NCBI GenBank assembly: GCA_046759165.1
Contig: JBHIBS010000026.1
Location: 1-20,428, forward strand
DNA length: 20,428 nt
Direction of reading: 5' to 3'
Source: a bacterium
GTDB taxonomy: Bacteria; UBA6262; WVXT01
Both the position numbers and the translations under genes were made by a program. How positions within the stretch are numbered: the first letter of the stretch is position 1; each line of letters starts with the position of its first letter. Below are positions 16,322 to 20,428 of this stretch, one piece after another. The notes under the pieces are model-generated. The model ran no database searches, was not told the origin of the DNA, and saw nothing but the letters and a program-made list of their open reading frames with translations.

Positions 16322-18505
16322 CTAAACTCTCTCTATCGGTGCATATTTTACTAAAAGTTTCTTCCACTGACCATTTTCGAAAAGAACGATAATCTTTGTA
16401 TCATCACCAGAACCACTCCGTTCCAATATTCTGCCCAAACCGAACTCCTCATGCCTGACCAAAGCACCAACCTGCCACTGATCAGCTTGAGCCTGGCTGA
16501 AGAGAGAGGGTCGAATATTTTTCCCCTCAGCCATCTCAGAGGAAATTTCTCCCTTTAAGAGACCCGCCTTCTCTCCCAGGAGGCCAGCCTCTACCACAAA
16601 ACGAGAGGACATATTCCACCTCCACTGTCCGTAAAGTCTCCTCTGGTTTGCTGAAGTCAGATAGAGTCTCTCCTTGGCTCTGGTCATCCCTACATAACAT
16701 AATCTCCTCTCCTCTTCCATCTCTGCCTGGTCATAAAGGGCGTCGGCGTGAGGGAAGAGACCCTCTTCCAAACCGGTAATGAAGACCACAGGAAATTCCA
16801 GCCCCTTAGCTAAATGGACTGTCATCAGAGTCGCCGTATCTTTCCCCTCATCCCAGATATCTATATCAGTAATTAAAGATACCTGCTCCAGAAAAGCTTC
16901 TATGGTCTTATCTTCTGACTGTTCTTCAAATTCTCCAACTGCAGAGACCAATTCTTTTACATTCTCAATTCTGCTCTGAGCCTCAGCAGTATCCTGGCTC
17001 GCAAGTTCACTTAAGTAACCTGTAGTCTCTATTACCAGACGCGTTAACTCTTTCGCCATTAAATTTCTACTCTTCTCTCGTAGCTCCCCAATCAGGTTCA
17101 TGAAATCTTCAAGACGGGAAGTGATGCGGGCAGGAACTGCCTTAATTTCCCGAACTTTTCCGAGAGTTTCAAAGAGCGATTTGTGGTATCTATGGGCATA
17201 TTGTTCTAAATAGTTCATAGTTCTCTTGCCTATGCCACGATGGGGGACATTAAGTATCCTTTTCAGATTAAGAGAATCTAAAGGATTGACTATAACCCTT
17301 AAGTATGACAAAATATCTTTAATCTCCTTTCGCTCATAGAATCTGACTCCTCCCACAATGGCATAATTTATTTTGGCTTTCCTGAAGGCATCTTCCAGAA
17401 CCCTCGACTGTGCATTAGTCCGATAGAACACTGCTAAGTCTCTCAAATTGTGGCCTTCTTCCATCAATCTAATTATTTCTTCTGCCACGAGATTAGCCTC
17501 AGCGATTTCGTTATCCAGTTGGGCGTACTCAACAGGCATTCCATCTTTCCGATTTGTCCAGAGCTTCTTTTCCTTTCGATATCTGTTATTCTTGACCACT
17601 CTCCAGGCCATATTGAGAATATTTTTTGTCGAACGATAATTCTGCTCCAACTTCATAACTTTAACATCTTTGTAGTCCTTTTCAAAATGTAAAATATTGC
17701 GGATGTCTGCCCCCCTAAAAGAATAGATTGATTGGTCATCGTCACCAACAACGCATATATTTTTATGTTTAGAAACTAAAAGTTTAGTCAATAGATACTG
17801 AGCGTGATTGGTATCTTGATACTCGTCAACCATGACATATTGGAACCGCTCCTGGTACTTCTTCAGCACCTCTTTTCTCTCTCTAAAAAGTCTAACCGCC
17901 TCCCTCAAAAGGTCACCGAAATCTAAGGCAGAGTTCTCATTTAGCTTCTTCTGGTAAAGTTGATAAATGTCGGCTACAGTTTTACGGAAGTGGTCATCAG
18001 AAGCTTGAGCATAAATGGTAAAGGAATCGGCATCGACCAGGTTATCCTTCGCCCTATTTATGAGTGCCGCAACTACTGTTACCTTAAATCTTTTCTCATC
18101 AATATCTAACTCTTTCATACACTCTTTGATTAAATTCAACTGGTCCATCTCATCGTAGATGACAAAGTGTCTATGCCCGCCAATCTTATCAATTTGTTCA
18201 CGCAGAAGCCGTGCAGCAAATGAATGGAAGGTCGAAATCCAGACGCTCCTCCCCTTACCTCCCACTAAGCGGTCCACCCTTTCCCGCATCTCTCCTGCTG
18301 CTTTGTTGGTAAAAGTAACCGCCAAGATATTCCAGGGAGAGATACCCTTCTCAATTAGATAGCCTATGCGATGAGTAATTACTCTGGTCTTCCCGGAGCC
18401 CGCTCCAGCTAAGATGAGAAGGGGACCGTGAATATGTTCAACCGCTTCTCTCTGTGGAGGATTGAGATCATTCAATATGTTATAGCCTTTCGTTCTCCGC
18501 TCCAT
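16322..18505 (-). CDS. pcrA: ATP-dependent DNA helicase PcrA/UvrD
   Basis: AGAGSGKT, VDEYQD, GDDDQSIY, QNYRST, HLAKGLEF, EEERRLCYVGMTRA; C-terminal Tudor-like region (VGALVRHEEFGLG). Confidence 0.96.
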   Translation of the reverse strand: MERRTKGYNILNDLNPPQREAVEHIHGPLLILAGAGSGKTRVITHRIGYLIEKGISPWNILAVTFTNKAAGEMRERVDRLVGGKGRSVWISTFHSFAARLLREQIDKIGGHRHFVIYDEMDQLNLIKECMKELDIDEKRFKVTVVAALINRAKDNLVDADSFTIYAQASDDHFRKTVADIYQLYQKKLNENSALDFGDLLREAVRLFRERKEVLKKYQERFQYVMVDEYQDTNHAQYLLTKLLVSKHKNICVVGDDDQSIYSFRGADIRNILHFEKDYKDVKVMKLEQNYRSTKNILNMAWRVVKNNRYRKEKKLWTNRKDGMPVEYAQLDNEIAEANLVAEEIIRLMEEGHNLRDLAVFYRTNAQSRVLEDAFRKAKINYAIVGGVRFYERKEIKDILSYLRVIVNPLDSLNLKRILNVPHRGIGKRTMNYLEQYAHRYHKSLFETLGKVREIKAVPARITSRLEDFMNLIGELREKSRNLMAKELTRLVIETTGYLSELASQDTAEAQSRIENVKELVSAVGEFEEQSEDKTIEAFLEQVSLITDIDIWDEGKDTATLMTVHLAKGLEFPVVFITGLEEGLFPHADALYDQAEMEEERRLCYVGMTRAKERLYLTSANQRRLYGQWRWNMSSRFVVEAGLLGEKAGLLKGEISSEMAEGKNIRPSLFSQAQADQWQVGALVRHEEFGLGRILERSGSGDDTKIIVLFENGQWKKLLVKYAPIERV

Positions 18506-18551
18506 AGAACCACAACTACCCTATTTTCTTAGGTGATCACCCCGCTTGACC

Positions 18552-18713
18552 GGGACAAACTGCGTATCGCCCCTACATTTAAGCAGGGCCTCGGCTCGCC
18601 CTTACCTTCAATTACGGGTTCGATGAATCGAACCCCTACACTGACCTGTGAGAGCATTCAGTCAGGTGGCCATTATCAACCATATTATATAATGCAGACC
18701 TTCGCTCTGCTAC
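18552..18713 (-). repeat. Cluster of GTAG-tagged REP-like hairpins
   Basis: 18552-18577 (ends cgcccctaca), 18582-18604 (degenerate GCAGAGC type), 18616-18640 (gggttcgat-ga-atcgaacccctaca), 18694-18713 (gcagaccttcgctctgctac). Confidence 0.75.
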
Positions 18714-18721
18714 TCCTCACA

Positions 18722-18830
18722 TTCAAAATATACTTTGTGAAAAGCTTCGGGAATTTTAGCCGAAAAACGAGGACGAAATATTCCACTAATGTGAGAGAAT
18801 TTGGTGTAGCGAGCGAACCAAAGCCCGAGC
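18722..18830. repeat. Repeat modules L + M (empty form of M)
   Basis: 18734-18775 is 37/42 identical to 15872-15913; 18787-18830 matches 573-600 joined directly to 720-735. Confidence 0.85.
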
Positions 18831-18849
18831 CAGCTATGCTTTCTCACTT

Positions 18850-20400
18850 TCACTCCATATAAGTTATGTATATCCGACGACCCTGACGCACAATATCAAA
18901 AATTACCCCTTCTGAAAGGTCTACCTGCTTAATCACTTTCTTAAACTCCGTAAGATTTCCTGTGGATTGCCTATTTACGCCCTTTATCAAATCACCTTCT
19001 AACAAACCCATCTCTTCAGCTTTACTCCCCATTTCTATCTCTACAATTACCACCCCTTCTGCATTTTCAATACGATACTTTCTGGCTAAAGCAGTGGTTA
19101 ATGTCTCCACCTTCATTCCCAGCCACCGTTCAATTCTTCCTTCCTCTTCTTCTTTTTCTCCCTTCTCCTTAGCTTTTGCTTCCTCCATCATCTCCGGCAT
19201 TTCTCCCAATTTTATGCTCAGGGGGATCTCCTTTTTTTCTCTAATTACCACTACTTTTACTTTCTTTCCCGGTTTTGTTCTGGCAACTATTTCCTGGAGG
19301 TCTCTTGCGTCTTTAACTTTGTGGTCTCCAAATTTTATAATCACATCATCTCTCTTCATTCCTCCCTTTTCTGCAGCAGAGCCTTCCATTACCCTATTCA
19401 CCAAAACCCCTTTTGTGCTGGGAAGGTTAAATTGTTTGGCAATGACTTCGTCCACTTCCCTTATCTCTACACCCAACCAGCCACGCACAACTCTTCCCTT
19501 CTCAATTAAATCACTGAGAATTTCCTTAGCATTGTTAATGGGAATGGCAAACCCTATTCCGGCAAAAACTCCAGTAGGAGCATAAATTGCTGTGTTAATC
19601 CCGATGACCTCTCCTCTAATATTAACCAGCGGACCACCACTATTACCCCGGTTAATAGAGGCATCGGTCTGGATCATATCTCTATACTCTTTACCTTCAA
19701 CATACAGCGATTGCCTCTTGGCACTAATCACACCTACAGTTACAGTCTGCTTTAATCCAAATGGAGAACCAATGGCTATCGCCCAATCTCCAATCCTGAT
19801 CTTATCCGAATCGCCAAGTTTAGCAGCAGGAAATTTTCCCTTTGATTTTATTTTAATTATAGCTAAGTCAGTTCTCGGGTCCTTACCTACTACCTTACCG
19901 TCATATTTCTCCTCCTTGCCATTAGATTTAGATAATGTAACCTTAATCTCCTCTGCTCCAGCAATCACATGGTAATTTGTCAATATATAGCCCTGAGGGT
20001 CAATAATTACTCCCGAACCTGTTGCTTCAGCCCTTCGCTTAAACTCTCTCTTCCTGGGCTCCGGTCTCGTCCTTGGCCTTCCAAAAAATTCATCAAAAAA
20101 ATGTTCAAAAGGGTCGCCAAAGTAGAATTGATAATAAGGAGCTTCCATTTTTACAATTTGTACTGCAGAAATATTTACCACCGAAGGTCTTACTGCCTGA
20201 GTCACATTGGTAAAAGCTTCTTGAAGATTAATCACTCCCTCAGGTACAGGTACAACTTCCTCAGAAGTGTTCTCCCTCTTGGGGAGGAGTATTTTCCCTC
20301 CTTCTCCCTTACCTTTGCAGGTTAACCCCAAAAGCAATGAAACAGACAAAAGCATCGCCAACATCCAAATCCAGATTTTAGACATCACTACTCTTTTCAT
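18850..20400 (-). CDS. degP: DegP/DegQ (HtrA, Do family) serine endoprotease with two PDZ domains
   Basis: Catalytic triad motifs TNYHVI, DPRTDLA, INRGNSGGPL; RGWLGV and WLGM PDZ entries; N-terminal hydrophobic segment; ATG 20400 is 9 nt from AGGAGG. Confidence 0.93.
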   Translation of the reverse strand: MKRVVMSKIWIWMLAMLLSVSLLLGLTCKGKGEGGKILLPKRENTSEEVVPVPEGVINLQEAFTNVTQAVRPSVVNISAVQIVKMEAPYYQFYFGDPFEHFFDEFFGRPRTRPEPRKREFKRRAEATGSGVIIDPQGYILTNYHVIAGAEEIKVTLSKSNGKEEKYDGKVVGKDPRTDLAIIKIKSKGKFPAAKLGDSDKIRIGDWAIAIGSPFGLKQTVTVGVISAKRQSLYVEGKEYRDMIQTDASINRGNSGGPLVNIRGEVIGINTAIYAPTGVFAGIGFAIPINNAKEILSDLIEKGRVVRGWLGVEIREVDEVIAKQFNLPSTKGVLVNRVMEGSAAEKGGMKRDDVIIKFGDHKVKDARDLQEIVARTKPGKKVKVVVIREKKEIPLSIKLGEMPEMMEEAKAKEKGEKEEEEGRIERWLGMKVETLTTALARKYRIENAEGVVIVEIEMGSKAEEMGLLEGDLIKGVNRQSTGNLTEFKKVIKQVDLSEGVIFDIVRQGRRIYITYME

Positions 20401-20428
20401 TTTTCTCAACCTCCTTTAAATATTTTTT

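Noticed and set aside
16293-16367. gatC overlapping the pcrA 3' end
   Set aside because: Artefact of longest-ORF calling; the canonical GatC N-terminus begins at ATG 16292
18533-18862. 109-aa plus-strand ORF across the degP-pcrA spacer
   Set aside because: Composed of the repeat modules; GTG start without a convincing RBS; no recognisable domain
18962-20325. Long plus-strand ORFs opposite degP (and similar ones opposite mfd, gatA, pcrA, mla, yacL)
   Set aside because: Antisense shadows of conserved genes with Ser/Phe/Ile/Leu-rich composition and no motifs
20315-20345. Lipoprotein lipobox in DegP (LLGLTC)
   Set aside because: Residues before Cys do not fit the canonical [LVI][ASTVI][GAS]C pattern; needs SignalP

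Overview
Bacterial chromosomal core-genome window with 16 intact-looking CDS, all on the minus strand. In transcription order: degP/htrA, pcrA(uvrD), gatC, cyclophilin-like (TM1367/DUF369-type) gene, gatA, gatB, mfd, two parvulin (PrsA/SurA-like) foldases, mlaE-mlaF-mlaD, radA, PIN/TRAM (YacL-like), ispD, ispF. The gene content suggests a diderm with Firmicute-like gene order; the taxon cannot be fixed from sequence alone. I saw no rRNA, tRNA, CRISPR array or transposase. The unusual signal is non-coding: four spacers (485-787, 5980-6249, 15785-16007, 18506-18849) are mosaics of shared palindromic modules. These include GTAG-tagged REP-like hairpins, a GTCATTGCGAG-type palindrome, and a MITE-like element with ~16-bp terminal inverted repeats, interchangeable cargo and nested insertions. 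One nested module is present in both filled and empty form. Secondary points are a long MlaD with a predicted C-terminal beta-barrel and a cyclophilin-like gene coupled inside gatCAB. All alignments were made by eye; no searches were run.
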